Shown piece after piece: positions 30,721-32,000 of a DNA stretch of 32,000 nt. The notes beneath the pieces are model-generated. The model was given only the letters and a program-made list of their open reading frames with translations, was not told the origin of the DNA and did not search any database. Positions within the stretch are counted from its first letter, which is position 1, and each line of letters opens with the position of its first letter. Where the stretch lies: sequence record CM031383.1; one strand, 5' to 3'. The position numbers and the translations under genes were made by a program.

Positions 30721-30830
30721 TTATTGAGCCTTTTGGCAGCGGAGCGTTTTACCTTTTAGTAGCGAAGCAATTCGCAGCTTGCCAAAAGCCGGCATTGCTT
30801 CGCTACCAAAAGGCTCCATAAAAAATAAGC
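30721..30830. repeat. Family RA copy 5 within a larger composite palindrome
   Basis: The inner arms are accttttagtagcgaagcaatt (30751-30772) and attgcttcgctaccaaaaggc (30794-30814). The outer arms are ttattgagccttttgg (30721-30736) and ccaaaaggctccataaaaaataag (30807-30830). An agcccggc/gccgggct hairpin follows. Confidence 0.8.
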
Positions 30831-31709
30831 CTAGCCCGGCCTTTTAAAAAAAGGGCCTTTTAAAAAAGAGCCGGGCTGTACAAGCTGAAGCACCAGCTAA
30901 AAGTTCAATTTAAAAAAAAAATGAGAATTTTCTAAGTAAAAAGAGAATTAAGTTTTTGAAAACAAAATATTTTTCTTTATGTTTATTTTTTATTTACTTT
31001 ATTCATCGTCGTTAAATATTAAACAATTTACAAAATTTGAAAATAAATAATATTTTGTAAAGAGTTTTATTAAAAGCTTTTTCAAAAATTGAAATAAACA
31101 AAAAGAAATTAAAAATCAATATTTTTTACCATCTTTTTATTGTATATATTTAGAATATATACTATTTTGTAAAATATTTTTCATTCTAATGAATTTAAAT
31201 ATTTATTTAACTAAAAAAAACTTTTTGCAGCCCGTTTTTGGATAGCTCTAAGTACTTACCTTACAGCTATCCAACTAACAAATAATTCTATTTAGTTGTC
31301 TTTTATAAAAATAAAATGGTAAAAATAAAAATATCAAACAAAATTTTATAAATCAAAAATTTTGATTTATAAAATTGTTTGAAAATAAATGTTTTTTATT
31401 CGTTTTAAAAAACATTTGCGTTAATAACAAATGAAAATAGTCAATTTTTATTTATTAAATATCTTATTCGATAAATAATTATTTAATTTATACTATTTTA
31501 TGTTGTATCGATACAAAAGAAAAATCAGTAAATTCTGAACCTTTCTAGGATGTTATAAATGAAAATTCTGTCTACAAAAAATTGAAATTATTTAAGTATA
31601 TTAGCATTAAAATTATTCTAAATAAATAATTATTGCTTAATTCTATTAAAGTATTTTTTTCGTGAATTTAAAAAACGAATAAAGAATTTTAAATAGAAAA
31701 AATAGAGAA

Positions 31710-31749
31710 AAAAGAAGGAAATCTTTTGTACAAAAGATTTCCTTCTTTT
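31710..31749. promoter_or_regulatory. Perfect palindrome immediately downstream of the psbZ stop (putative 3' stem-loop)
   Basis: aaaagaaggaaatcttttgtacaaaagatttccttctttt ends 3-4 nt from the psbZ stop codon (31753-31755). Confidence 0.6.
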
Positions 31750-31752
31750 TTC

Positions 31753-31941
31753 TTAAATAACAAATGAGTTAAAAATACCTACTGCAAAAACTAACACAAG
31801 CCATAAACTTAAACCAGAAAAAACAATACCTTTGTTTTCTGACCAACCGTTTGGTGTAGCAAAAACAACAGGTACACCTACTACTAAAGCAAAAGAAACA
31901 GCAATTAATGCTAATAATGCAATTTGAAGAACTGATGTCAT
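31753..31941 (-). CDS. psbZ: Photosystem II protein Z / ycf9 (62 aa)
   Basis: The ATG at 31941 gives [62 protein letters not shown]. This matches the PsbZ pattern (..VPVVFA.P.GW..NK..VFSG.SLW..LVF.VGI.NS). The track ORF begins at an upstream TTG. Confidence 0.92.
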
Positions 31942-32000
31942 AAAATTTTTAAAATTCTTGCTTTGCAAGAGTCAAATTTCAAAAAGAGGCTTAAATTATA

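Overview
This window is a plastid (chloroplast) genome fragment from a green alga, not a bacterial accessory region. tufA, psbZ, psbM, petB, atpA, atpB, clpP, rpoC1 and ribosomal-protein genes sit among ten tRNA genes in strongly AT-rich DNA. The AtpA sequence and the ClpP N-terminus (MPIGVPRIIYCWGEELPAQWTDIYNF...) match, from memory, Chlamydomonas reinhardtii almost exactly. Together with the insertion-bearing clpP, the expanded rpoC1, the intron-less trnG/trnV/petB/rpl2 and the dispersed GC-richer palindromic repeats, this points to Chlorophyceae, probably Chlamydomonadales. The species cannot be determined here. Gene order: (-) atpA [two exons split by an ORF-containing group I intron], trnG-UCC, rps14, rps19, rpl2, rpl23, trnF-GAA; (+) trnE-UUC, rps4, trnL-UAG, clpP; (-) rpoC1, trnQ-UUG, a CAU-anticodon tRNA, petB, rps18, atpB, trnP-UGG, tufA, trnV-UAC, trnR-ACG, psbM (below the ORF-track length cutoff, found by eye), psbZ. 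I found no unassigned long ORF and no evidence of a novel multi-gene system. The most interesting items are: (1) a group I intron with a double-LAGLIDADG homing endonuclease just upstream of the atpA P-loop; (2) a 1745-codon uninterrupted rpoC1 with roughly 900 codons of low-complexity insertion; (3) the translated clpP insertion; (4) an apparent tandem S4-domain duplication in rps4; (5) a dispersed palindromic repeat family showing a compensatory arm substitution; (6) several higher-complexity non-coding stretches that could be structured leaders or ncRNAs. All calls rest on reading the sequence and remembered family signatures. No database search or folding program was run.
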